Assembly (NCBI GenBank): GCA_036479435.1
Contig: JAZGFI010000206.1
Location: forward strand, 1-64,000
Source: Planctomycetota bacterium
GTDB taxonomy: Bacteria; Planctomycetota; GCA-002687715; DRQF01
Length of the DNA stretch: 64,000 bases
Direction: 5' to 3'
Within the stretch, counting starts at the first letter, position 1, and each line of letters starts with the position of its first letter. Positions 31,693 through 40,383 of this stretch are shown one piece after another. A program made the position numbers and the translations under genes. The notes under the pieces were generated by a model. That model saw nothing but the letters and a program-made list of their open reading frames with translations, did not search any database and was not told the origin of the DNA.

Positions 31693-32015
31693 GCTTCCCC
31701 CGATAGTGAAACGCCCTAAGTCGGGTTGAAAGAAAACGCTAGGTGCATTCTGAGAACCGATGGGTGTTCACCCACCCAAAGAAGGCCAAGCTTTCGGTAT
31801 GCATCGAATGAGTATTCTTTCTCTACTCGCGCCCCAACGCTATAGTTTGGGACTTCGCGGGGGTGACCAAATCCCTCGCCACAACGTGCCATCATCACCG
31901 TGATGCCAAACACAATTTAAGCCTCGAAAACTACGTTTCAAATCTTGGATCCTAGGTTCGTCGTCGAAAGATTGTCTGCGCGTTTTCCGATGACCCCTCA
32001 ACCGGGAGATCTTAC

Positions 32016-33110
32016 ATGCGCATGCGTCTCGCACTCGCGTCCCTCGTTCTGGCAATCTTTGCGGCCTCGGCGGGCGCACAGGTCTACATCAACGAATTCT
32101 GTAGTGATCCAAACGGCGCGGCATTCGTGCCGACCACCGGCGACTTCAACCTCGATGGCACCGGCAGTTCGGCCGAAGACGAATTCGTCGAGATCGTCAA
32201 CGCGGGCGCGGTTAGCGTCGACATCAGCGGGTGGACCGTCTCGGACGCCGTCGCGGTTCGCCACACTTTTCAGATGGGCACCATGCTCCCGGCGGGCAGC
32301 GCCATTATCGTTTTCGGTGGCGGTAGCAGTCTCGCGACATTCAATGCTCAAGGCGCTGGCCTTGGGGTCTTTGCGTCCAGCGGGTTCACCAGCTTTAACG
32401 TTGCTGGCGACACCATCACCATCGCCGACAGCCTGGCCGTCGTCGTCGACAGCTACACCTACCCCGACGGCGGTGGCAGCGACATCGGTGACGGCGAATC
32501 GGTCGTCCGCGATCCCGAAGCACCCGGATCGGCTTTCAGCTTCCACACCGTGGCCGGCCTGGGCCTACGCGCCAGCCCCGGCTTCCACAGCGATGGAACC
32601 ACGCCCTACCTCCCCGCCAGCGAAATGACCTTTAGCTACAACTACCCCGGCAACGGTGGCGACGTCGCCTTGAACATCCGGGTCAACGGTTCGCAGGTCA
32701 CAACGTTTACCGGTGACGTCGCGATCGGTCTCAGCGACAACTTCGCCTTCGAAATTCTGTCACCGCTCGGCAGCACCAACAACAACGGCTTCGCCCTCAT
32801 CTACTCGGTCTACACCACCGGCGCCGCGCCAGCTGGCATCCCGATCCAAGGCGCAGGCTTCCCCCTCGACGTTTGGATTGACCCATTCACACTGCCCACT
32901 TTCGTGCCGCTGGATGGCCTCAACCCCACCAATCCCCTGTTGATCCCGACCGTGAGCCCCTTCGGCTTCGACTTTGGTCCCTTCGATGTGCCCCCCACCG
33001 TCGTCGGCATGGGCCTCTCCGCCATCTTCCAGGTCTTCGCCGCCGCCCCCGGCAGCGGTCTCTTTCTCGACTTGGCAATCTCGGACGCCATCGCCCTCGA
33101 CCTTCCCTAA
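32016..33110 (+). CDS. Secreted lamin-tail-domain protein with C-terminal domain
   Basis: Signal peptide (AGAQ); INEF..DP...EDEFVEIVN....VDISGWTVSD...PAG.AIIVFGG...ASPG. Confidence 0.8.
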   Translation: MRMRLALASLVLAIFAASAGAQVYINEFCSDPNGAAFVPTTGDFNLDGTGSSAEDEFVEIVNAGAVSVDISGWTVSDAVAVRHTFQMGTMLPAGSAIIVFGGGSSLATFNAQGAGLGVFASSGFTSFNVAGDTITIADSLAVVVDSYTYPDGGGSDIGDGESVVRDPEAPGSAFSFHTVAGLGLRASPGFHSDGTTPYLPASEMTFSYNYPGNGGDVALNIRVNGSQVTTFTGDVAIGLSDNFAFEILSPLGSTNNNGFALIYSVYTTGAAPAGIPIQGAGFPLDVWIDPFTLPTFVPLDGLNPTNPLLIPTVSPFGFDFGPFDVPPTVVGMGLSAIFQVFAAAPGSGLFLDLAISDAIALDLP

Positions 33111-33133
33111 GCAAAGCCGAGCCTCCGTTCCAA

Positions 33134-33174
33134 AAGAGGCCGCGACTCCCAAGAGTCGCGGCCTCTTCCGTTTT
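33134..33174 (+). terminator. Intrinsic (possibly bidirectional) terminator
   Basis: Perfect 15-bp stem aagaggccgcgactc/gagtcgcggcctctt. Confidence 0.8.
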
Positions 33175-33336
33175 GAATTTCCATTTGTTCGAGCATGAAG
33201 CCCGTCGCTTCGGTACTCAACGAAAGCTGACAACCCGAATGCTCTGGTGAGAACTCGCGCCTTCGTTCATTCCTTGCTCTTTGATTCTGTCAGACCAGAG
33301 CGGCATGCTGCTCGAACTCAAGCGGCGGCAGGAAAC

Positions 33337-34761
33337 ATGAGCGGCGACAAAGAGCACATCGAAATTAAAGGCATTGAGGCCCTTGTCGCTTCTGGCGAAT
33401 CCGAAACGCTAGAGTTCAAAAAGAGCACGGCGCAGCTGAAGCCAGCGTGTGAGACGATTTGTGCTTTTTTGAATGGTAACGGTGGCCAGGTCATCATCGG
33501 CGTCAGCCCCAATGGAAAACTCTCTGGTTTAGAGGTGTCAGACAAGACTCGCTGCGACATCGCTGATGCCCTCGCCAAGATCGAGCCAGATCCTGCTGTC
33601 TTTCAGACCGAGATCCCCTTGAAAGGTCGACTCAGCCTTATCGCACTAAAGGTGCATCCAAAAAAAGGCCAGAAACCCTACTTGTTCGACGGGCGCCCAT
33701 TTCAAAGGCGAGGCCCAACGACCTCCCGAATGTCATCCGACACCTACAACCGCTTGCTTCTTCGCCGACCTGAGAATCAGAGCCTTTGGGAGTCTCGCGT
33801 CGCTGAGTCTTTTGCCATTGAGCATCTCGATACAACCGAGATTGAGCGAGTGGGGCGACTCGCCCAAGCAAAGGGAAGTATCCCTGGCGACGTTGTTTTG
33901 GACGTAAGGGAGGTTCTAAGAGGTTTTGAGGTCTTGGGCGACAATGGAGAGCTTCTCAATTCTGCCGTTGCTCTTTTTGGCGCTTCGAACTCTCCTCGCA
34001 GAAGCATGCATCAGTGTTCGCTCCAGCTCGCTTGTTTCGAGGGAATCGAGAAGAGTGTCTTCATTGACCAGCGTGAAGTGGCCGGTGGCGCGTTCTACTT
34101 GCTCGGGGAAGCTGAGAACTTCATCCGACGCCATATGCCGGTCTCAGCGAGAATTGTTGAGGGGGAGATGGAACGACGAGAGGTCCCGCTCATCCCTTGG
34201 GAGGCTCTGCGTGAAGCCTTGATGAACGCGCTTATTCACCGGGACTACTCCAACGTCTCGGGCTCTATTGACCTCGCGATCTATGCCGACCGGCTTGAAA
34301 TCTGGAGCATCGGGGAGCTTCCCGAGGGCCTCCGCATTGACCAACTCAAAAAACAGCACAAGTCCGTCCGCCGCAATCCGAACATCGCCGCCGCTTTTCG
34401 GCACTGTGGCCTGATTGAAAAGTGGGGCCGGGGCACTCAGATTTTGGTTAGACGTTGCGTTAGTGCGGGGCTTCCTGAACCGGATTTTCTCGAAGAGCAA
34501 GGCTTCTTCGCGGTCATCTTCTCAGCTCCGTTCGCTCCGCTAGCGTTGATAGGAGATGTCGACCTCTCAGCGCTTGAGAAAGAACTCTTCAATCTCATTT
34601 CGCCGACCGACAAAACGCCAGTTCGAGTCCTCACGCTGGCAACGGATGGAGTTTCTCGGCGTTCCGTCCAACGAGCCCTGAAGAGCCTTGTGGACCTAGG
34701 ACTCATCGCCAAGGTGGGGGGCGGGCACGCGCTGGGATATCGAAGGGCGACAAGGGGATAG
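33337..34761 (+). CDS. AlbA_2/Schlafen-like domain protein with HATPase (RecG C-terminal-like) and HTH domains
   Basis: ESETLEFKKS, CAFLNGNGG.VIIGV, ALREALMNALIHRDY, RNPNIA..F...GLIEKWGRG; ATG 33337 preferred. Confidence 0.8.
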   Translation: MSGDKEHIEIKGIEALVASGESETLEFKKSTAQLKPACETICAFLNGNGGQVIIGVSPNGKLSGLEVSDKTRCDIADALAKIEPDPAVFQTEIPLKGRLSLIALKVHPKKGQKPYLFDGRPFQRRGPTTSRMSSDTYNRLLLRRPENQSLWESRVAESFAIEHLDTTEIERVGRLAQAKGSIPGDVVLDVREVLRGFEVLGDNGELLNSAVALFGASNSPRRSMHQCSLQLACFEGIEKSVFIDQREVAGGAFYLLGEAENFIRRHMPVSARIVEGEMERREVPLIPWEALREALMNALIHRDYSNVSGSIDLAIYADRLEIWSIGELPEGLRIDQLKKQHKSVRRNPNIAAAFRHCGLIEKWGRGTQILVRRCVSAGLPEPDFLEEQGFFAVIFSAPFAPLALIGDVDLSALEKELFNLISPTDKTPVRVLTLATDGVSRRSVQRALKSLVDLGLIAKVGGGHALGYRRATRG

Positions 34762-34837
34762 CGCGCTCGTGGCGCGCTCGTGGCGCGCTCGTGGCGCGCT
34801 CGTGGCGCGCTCGTGGCGCGCTCGTGGCGCGCTCGTG
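34761..34837. repeat. Tandem repeat (gcgcgctcgtg) x7
   Basis: Seven perfect 11-bp copies between convergent stop codons. Confidence 0.95.
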
Positions 34838-34843
34838 GACCGA

Positions 34844-35170
34844 CTAACTTCCGGTCTTATTCTCTTGCTTGGCGACCCAGGCTTCCCAGGAGCGGCCATC
34901 AGCGGTGTCGCGGCCATCGAAGTCAATGGCCGCGATGGTGGCGGCTAGAAAGCGCTGTTTTTCGGAGTCTGCCGCCTTGGGGTAATACTCAACGAAGGGC
35001 TCGGCGATGGCGAAATCGCGGTTGAATAAGAAACCCTCGATCTTCGTGCCGTCTTTTAGTTCGACGGTCACGTCACCGCGGTAGTCGACGGCTTGCTCGA
35101 CGGCGTAGCGCAGATCGGCATCGCTGCGGGGGGAAAGGCGGGTGCCCTTCATGCTTTTATCTTCGGACAT
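34844..35170 (-). CDS. Small hypothetical protein downstream of hpnH
   Basis: ATG 35170 follows hpnH stop by 2 nt; VEQAVDYRGDVTVELKDG..IEGFLFNR...GRSWEAW. Confidence 0.7.
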   Translation of the reverse strand: MSEDKSMKGTRLSPRSDADLRYAVEQAVDYRGDVTVELKDGTKIEGFLFNRDFAIAEPFVEYYPKAADSEKQRFLAATIAAIDFDGRDTADGRSWEAWVAKQENKTGS

Positions 35171-35172
35171 GC

Positions 35173-36183
35173 TTAGCTCACCATTGCCTTGACCGTGCGG
35201 AAGATTCCCATGGGTGACGAAAAAGTGTCGTCGACGGCGGTGGCTTCGTAACCGCTGTGCACCATGCAGTCGCGGCACTTTTCGTTGTTGCGATGGCCGT
35301 AGGCATCCCAGTCGGTTTCGGACATGAGTTCGGCGAAGCTGTCGGCGTAGCCTTCTTGCAACAAGTAACAGGGCTTTTGCCAGCCGAAGATGCAGTAGGT
35401 CGGGTTGCCCCACGGCGTGCAGTCGTACTCGATCTTGCCCTCTAAGAACCGCAGGAACATAGGCGAGTGGTTGAAGCGCCAGCTCTTTTTGGGCTTGCCG
35501 AGAATGCGTTTGAAGAGTCCCTTGGTTTTTTCGCGACCGAGGAAGCTCTCTTGGTTGGGGGCTTTGGAATAGGAGTAGCCCGGCGACAGCATCATGCTTT
35601 CGATGTTGAGGTCCATCATGTCGTCGAAAAAGCCGTGCATCTTCTCGGGGTCGGCGCCAGCAAACAAAGTGGTGTTGGTCGTGACGCGAAAGCCGCGTTC
35701 GACGGCGAGCTTGATGCCCTCGATCGCCTGGTCGTAGGTGCCATCGCGGCAGACGGAATAGTCGTGCTCGGCCTTAGGTCCGTCCATGTGAACACTGAAG
35801 GAGAGATATTTGGTCGGCTGGTAGTCACCGGCCTCGAGTTTCTCTTTTAGGAGCAGCGCGTTGGTGCACAAGTAGATGTATTTTTTGCGCTCAACGAGAC
35901 CCCGCACGATGGCCGGCATCTCTTCGTGCATCAAGGGCTCACCGCCAGGGATGGAAACAATGGGCGCGCCGCATTCGTCGGCGGCGGCGAGGCACTGCTC
36001 GGCGCTGAGTTGGCGCTTTAGGATGTGGCCGGGGTACTGAATCTTGCCGCAGCCGGCGCAAGACAGGTTGCAGCGAAAAAGCGGCTCCAACATGAGCACG
36101 AGGGGGTAGCGTTTGTTGCGACGGATTTTTTGACCCATCACGTAACTTGCCACGGTCGCCATTTGGGAAACGGGGACGGCCAT
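35173..36183 (-). CDS. hpnH: Adenosyl-hopene transferase (radical SAM)
   Basis: RYPLVLMLEPLFRCNLSCAGCGK, GGEPL, CTPWGNPT, PCYLL, C..CMVHSGYE. Confidence 0.92.
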   Translation of the reverse strand: MAVPVSQMATVASYVMGQKIRRNKRYPLVLMLEPLFRCNLSCAGCGKIQYPGHILKRQLSAEQCLAAADECGAPIVSIPGGEPLMHEEMPAIVRGLVERKKYIYLCTNALLLKEKLEAGDYQPTKYLSFSVHMDGPKAEHDYSVCRDGTYDQAIEGIKLAVERGFRVTTNTTLFAGADPEKMHGFFDDMMDLNIESMMLSPGYSYSKAPNQESFLGREKTKGLFKRILGKPKKSWRFNHSPMFLRFLEGKIEYDCTPWGNPTYCIFGWQKPCYLLQEGYADSFAELMSETDWDAYGHRNNEKCRDCMVHSGYEATAVDDTFSSPMGIFRTVKAMVS

Positions 36184-36358
36184 ATCGGGGTTCACTCCTC
36201 ATCGAGGCGCCAGAGTTCCTGGACACCGGCTGGATGATACCGGGAATCAGCGGCCGGAAAAGCACTGATACGCCCTGACGAGGGGGTTGGCTCGGACTAT
36301 GATCCGCCATCGCCATGAAGGTCGATACGAACTAGTCTAGCTTTGCCAGGAGTAGGGT

Positions 36359-37837
36359 ATGAGCCGTCTTCGATTTGCCACCAGTCCGAGTTCTGCCCTA
36401 AAGGGCGCTGAAACCCTGATTTTGATCGCTCCTCGCCGTACTTGGCGAAAGAGCTGGTGTGGCTTTTTGGATGGCAAGGCCTGGTTGGCGACCCTTGAGA
36501 AGGCAATTCGAAATTCGGGGACGAGCCCTGCGGGCACGGCCACGTCGACCCTGACCGGCGAAAAAGTGCTCCAACGCGTTATCGCTATTTCCCTGCCCGA
36601 CGAGGTTTCGCGCCATAACTCCCCGGCTCGCCACGAGGCGGCCCTGAAGTCGCTGAAAAGGCTGGGGCTGAAGAAAAGTGACCATGTGGCGGTGATAGCG
36701 GCCTTGGACGAGCCGGGCCATCAGATCGCTCTGGCGAACGCGGTGGGTCGAAAGTTCTGCCTTTATTCCTCCAAGACGGGGGCCGGGAAAAGCGGCAATT
36801 TGAGTTTCGCGGCGGTGGACGCCAAGGGAGCGGCCTTGCGCTGCTCTAAGCTCACCCAGGAAACCGTGCACGCTGCCCGCTGGGCGGCCGAACTTGTTGA
36901 TACGCCGACGGCCGAACTGAGTGCGGCCGATTTCGTGCGGGTCACGAAAAAGGCGCTGCGCGGCATTGCGGGAGTCAGCGTCTCAGAGATCCGTGGCAAC
37001 AAACTGTTGGAGAACAAGCTCGGCGGCCTCCACGCCGTGGGACGTTGCGCCGTGGTGGAGCCGCGATTGCTGCTGCTTTCGTTCAAGCCCAAAGCGGCCA
37101 AGCGTCACGTCGGCTTGGTGGGCAAGGGCGTGGTTTATGACACCGGCGGATTGAGCCTCAAGGGCAAGATGGGGATGCCGGGCATGAAAAGCGACATGGG
37201 AGGTGCCGCGGCGGTTGCCGGGGCCTTCCGTGCGCTCGTGGCGTCTGGGTTTTCGGACCGACTGACGGTGGCCATTCCCTTGGCAGAGAACGCCATCGGC
37301 CCCAATGCCTTTCGGAACGACGACATCATCCACATGCACAGCGGCCACTCGGTTGAAATCAACAACACGGATGCCGAGGGGCGTTTGCTCTTGGGGGATG
37401 GTTGTTCTTACTTGGCGCGCAAGATCAAGCCAGATTTGATCATTGACGCCGCGACCTTGACCGGCGCGCAACTTGTCGCCACGGGCTACGCGCACGCGGC
37501 GGTAGTTTCGAACCGAGAAGGCCTGGAGAAAAAAGCGGTCAGCGCGGGTCTTGCAAGCGGGGACTTGGTGCACCCTTTGCCTTTTGCACCGGAGTTTTAT
37601 CAGTCCGAATTTAGCAGTCGCGTCGCCGACATGAGAAACTCGGTGGCCAACCGCTCCAATGCGCAGGCGAGTTGTGCTGCCCAGTTCATCTACGCCCAAA
37701 TCGACGACGTCAACATTCCCTGGCTACACGTCGACCTCGCCGGCCCCGCCTTCCGCGACGGCCGCGGCACCGGCTTCGGCGTGGCCCTCCTCGCCGACCT
37801 CGCCTCCCGCATCCAAAACTCCGACCTAAAATCCTAA
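36359..37837 (+). CDS. M17 leucyl aminopeptidase family (NPEPL1-like)
   Basis: VGKGVVYDTGGLSLK, MKSDMGGAA, NTDAEGRL. Confidence 0.9.
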   Translation: MSRLRFATSPSSALKGAETLILIAPRRTWRKSWCGFLDGKAWLATLEKAIRNSGTSPAGTATSTLTGEKVLQRVIAISLPDEVSRHNSPARHEAALKSLKRLGLKKSDHVAVIAALDEPGHQIALANAVGRKFCLYSSKTGAGKSGNLSFAAVDAKGAALRCSKLTQETVHAARWAAELVDTPTAELSAADFVRVTKKALRGIAGVSVSEIRGNKLLENKLGGLHAVGRCAVVEPRLLLLSFKPKAAKRHVGLVGKGVVYDTGGLSLKGKMGMPGMKSDMGGAAAVAGAFRALVASGFSDRLTVAIPLAENAIGPNAFRNDDIIHMHSGHSVEINNTDAEGRLLLGDGCSYLARKIKPDLIIDAATLTGAQLVATGYAHAAVVSNREGLEKKAVSAGLASGDLVHPLPFAPEFYQSEFSSRVADMRNSVANRSNAQASCAAQFIYAQIDDVNIPWLHVDLAGPAFRDGRGTGFGVALLADLASRIQNSDLKS

Positions 37838-37876
37838 ACCCTGAACACTTGCGTCAGACCAAAGTCAGCACCCTTT
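37828..37876 (+). repeat. Gene-end repeat family B, copy 1
   Basis: aaaatcctaaaccctgaacacttgcgtcagaccaaagtcagcacccttt, similar to 54174-54221. Confidence 0.65.
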
Positions 37877-37949
37877 CAAACCCAAAGTCGAACTTCCATC
37901 CTCTCTTTCGCCCGCAAGACATGCGTAGGGGTGCCTGCGGCTTGGCGGG

Positions 37950-38411
37950 TTAGTTGCCCAGCTTCGTGACGATGTCGAATTCTTTTTTGGCGACGGGTTG
38001 GACGCTGAGGCGTTGGCCTCTTTGCAGAAGAGGCATCTTTTCGAGACCTTTGGTTTGGCGGAGGTCTTGGAGGGAGATGATGTCGTCGAAGGACTTTTTG
38101 TGTTTGATGTCGACCATGAACCAACGCGGGTCTTCGGGTTTGGATTTGGGGTCGAAGTGAGAGTCCTTGGCGTCGAACTGGGTGTGGTCGGGATACGACT
38201 CCTTCACGACTTCAGCCACGCCGGCGACGCCAATGGGCTGGACGCGGCTGTGGTAGAACAAGACGAGGTCGCCCTTTTTCATCTCGTCACGCATGAAGTT
38301 TCGAGCTTGGTAATTGCGGACGCCGTCCCAACAGGTTCGCTTGCCCTTGGCGCTGCGGAGGTCTTCGATGCTGAAGACGTCGGGCTCGGATTTCATCAGC
38401 CAGTAATTCAC
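37950..38411 (-). CDS. EVE domain protein
   Basis: YWLMKSEP, WDGVRNYQARNF, FYHS, RLSVQPV. Confidence 0.92.
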   Translation of the reverse strand: MNYWLMKSEPDVFSIEDLRSAKGKRTCWDGVRNYQARNFMRDEMKKGDLVLFYHSRVQPIGVAGVAEVVKESYPDHTQFDAKDSHFDPKSKPEDPRWFMVDIKHKKSFDDIISLQDLRQTKGLEKMPLLQRGQRLSVQPVAKKEFDIVTKLGN

Positions 38412-38977
38412 TTTGTGGCCCTTCCGAGAAAATCGCCGGTACGGGTATCGATGTTGAGGCGCTCGCCTTCGCTGATGTGCTCAGGAACCTGCACCGAGTG
38501 ACCCGTTTCGAGAGTCGCGGGTTTGGTGCGCGAGGTCGCCGAGTTGCCTTTGACAGCAGGGTTGGTCTGCGTGATGGTCAAAGCCACCGTAGGCGGCAGT
38601 TCCAAGGCGATGGGTGACTCCTTGTAGATCAAAGCCAAGACTTCCATTTCTTCCACCAGGAACTTCGACTCCCATTCGAGATCACCAGCGGGCAGGAAAA
38701 ACTGCTCGTAGCTGGTGAGATCCATGAAGTGAAAAGCGTCGCTGTCGGCGTAGAGAAACTGGACTTTTTGGCGTGAGAAGTCGGGGACCCCAAAGGTGTC
38801 ACCACTGCGAAAAGACTTGTCGAGCTTCTGCTTGGTTTTCAGATTGCGCAGGCGGACCTTGTGGATGACCGTCGCCCCTCGCGCTCTGGGGTCTGAAGAT
38901 TGGTAGGACTCGACGATGTAGGGTGCATCTTCGAAATCGATGATCAAGCCGCGCTTGAGGTCGCTGGTGTTGTACAT
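38408..38977 (-). CDS. yeiP: Elongation factor P-like protein (EfpL/YeiP type)
   Basis: EF-P fold (KPATLETG..VQVP, DTRTG); loop PRARGA with Arg instead of PGKG. Confidence 0.75.
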   Translation of the reverse strand: MYNTSDLKRGLIIDFEDAPYIVESYQSSDPRARGATVIHKVRLRNLKTKQKLDKSFRSGDTFGVPDFSRQKVQFLYADSDAFHFMDLTSYEQFFLPAGDLEWESKFLVEEMEVLALIYKESPIALELPPTVALTITQTNPAVKGNSATSRTKPATLETGHSVQVPEHISEGERLNIDTRTGDFLGRATK

Positions 38978-39038
38978 GCGGATACCTTTTAGTTGCTGTG
39001 CTTGATTTTGTCACCTTCAAGGCGAGGCACAACGCGAC

Positions 39039-40328
39039 TTAGGCGAAAAAGCGCTCCAGGATTTTGATCATGGCCGCTTGGTCGTCGCGGCCCGCCATTT
39101 CACGGCAGGAGTGCATCGAGAGCATCGGATTGCCGATATCGACGGTCTTGATACCGAGCCGGGCCGCGATGATGGGGCCGATGGTCGAACCGCAGGGCAT
39201 GTCGGTCCGCATGACGAATTCTTGTACCGGCACGCCTGCCTCCGCGGCGAGGCGCTTGAAGAACGCGGCGGAGTCCGCCTCGGTCGCATAGCGAGCATTG
39301 GCGTTGTATTTAATGCAGGGCCCCTGATTGATGGCGGGCTTGTGGTGCGGATCGTGCTTGGCGGCATAGTTGGGGTGGACGGCGTGAGCCATGTCCGCCG
39401 ACAGGTGAAAGGTTTTGGCTCGCGCCCGGCATTCCGCCTCGGTGCCGCCACCTTGGACGCAGGTCACGCGCCGCATTACGTCAGCCAAAAAAGAACTCGC
39501 CGCCCCCTGAGCCGAACTAGATCCGACCTCTTCGTGGTCGTAGAACACCAGCATGCGTGTCGTCGCGGTCGCAACATCGGCTTTCGCCAACAGCGCGACC
39601 AAAGCCGCGTGGCAACTCGCCAGATTGTCCAGGCGTGGGGCGTGGACAAACTCTTCGTTCAAACCAGAAAAGCCCGAGGGTTCGATGGTGTGCAACATCA
39701 GCTCAAAGGCGAGGATTTCTTCGCCGCCTTCGAGTTGAACTTGGCCCTTGAGCCAAGCCGGAAAATCAACTTCTCCGCCACTCAGGCCGACGATAGGCGG
39801 CATGACGACTTGACGGTTTCCGACACCTTCATCATTGGCCTTGCGACCGAGGTGAATGGCGAGCTGTGGGACTCGGGCCAAAGCTCGTTCGCTCTTCACG
39901 AGGATTGAGCGCTGGCCATTGGCCCCGCCGACAACGACTCGCCCCGCGATACCAAGGTCGCGATCGAACCAAGTCGAGAGCAAAACGCCGCCGTAGATCT
40001 CGACGCCGAGCTGTTGGTAGCCCTCACGCTCGTAGTCCGGGCGGGGCTTTAGGCGCAGATTGGGGCTATCGGTGTGCGCACCGACCACACGAAACCCCGC
40101 CTCGGCCGCTTCCTCGTTACCGACGATGAACGCGGCGATAGTGGTTTCGTTGCGGATGACGTAGTGACGAGCGCCGACCGCCAAAGACCAAGCGTCGCCT
40201 TCCATCAGCTCACTGAAACCCGCGCCCTCCAAGCGACGCCGCGTCTCGGCGACCGCGTGGAATGGAGTCGGGGCCGCATCGATGTAGTCGATCATGTCCT
40301 GGGCCGCAGCCCGCGTCACAGCGTTCAT
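39039..40328 (-). CDS. M18 family aminopeptidase
   Basis: GAHTDSP, RLDNL, DHEEVGS, SADMAHAVHPNY, PCGSTIGP, LSMHSCRE. Confidence 0.92.
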   Translation of the reverse strand: MNAVTRAAAQDMIDYIDAAPTPFHAVAETRRRLEGAGFSELMEGDAWSLAVGARHYVIRNETTIAAFIVGNEEAAEAGFRVVGAHTDSPNLRLKPRPDYEREGYQQLGVEIYGGVLLSTWFDRDLGIAGRVVVGGANGQRSILVKSERALARVPQLAIHLGRKANDEGVGNRQVVMPPIVGLSGGEVDFPAWLKGQVQLEGGEEILAFELMLHTIEPSGFSGLNEEFVHAPRLDNLASCHAALVALLAKADVATATTRMLVFYDHEEVGSSSAQGAASSFLADVMRRVTCVQGGGTEAECRARAKTFHLSADMAHAVHPNYAAKHDPHHKPAINQGPCIKYNANARYATEADSAAFFKRLAAEAGVPVQEFVMRTDMPCGSTIGPIIAARLGIKTVDIGNPMLSMHSCREMAGRDDQAAMIKILERFFA

Positions 40329-40383
40329 CTTAGACCTCAACAGACCTCAGAAGTTTAGGATCCAGCCTCGAACATTCGTTGGC

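Noticed and set aside
34761..34837. Possible CRISPR array
   Set aside because: Contiguous 11-bp units without spacers; no cas genes
35171..35413. N-terminal extension of ORF 34844-35413
   Set aside because: Overlaps hpnH in another frame; ATG 35170 is the plausible start
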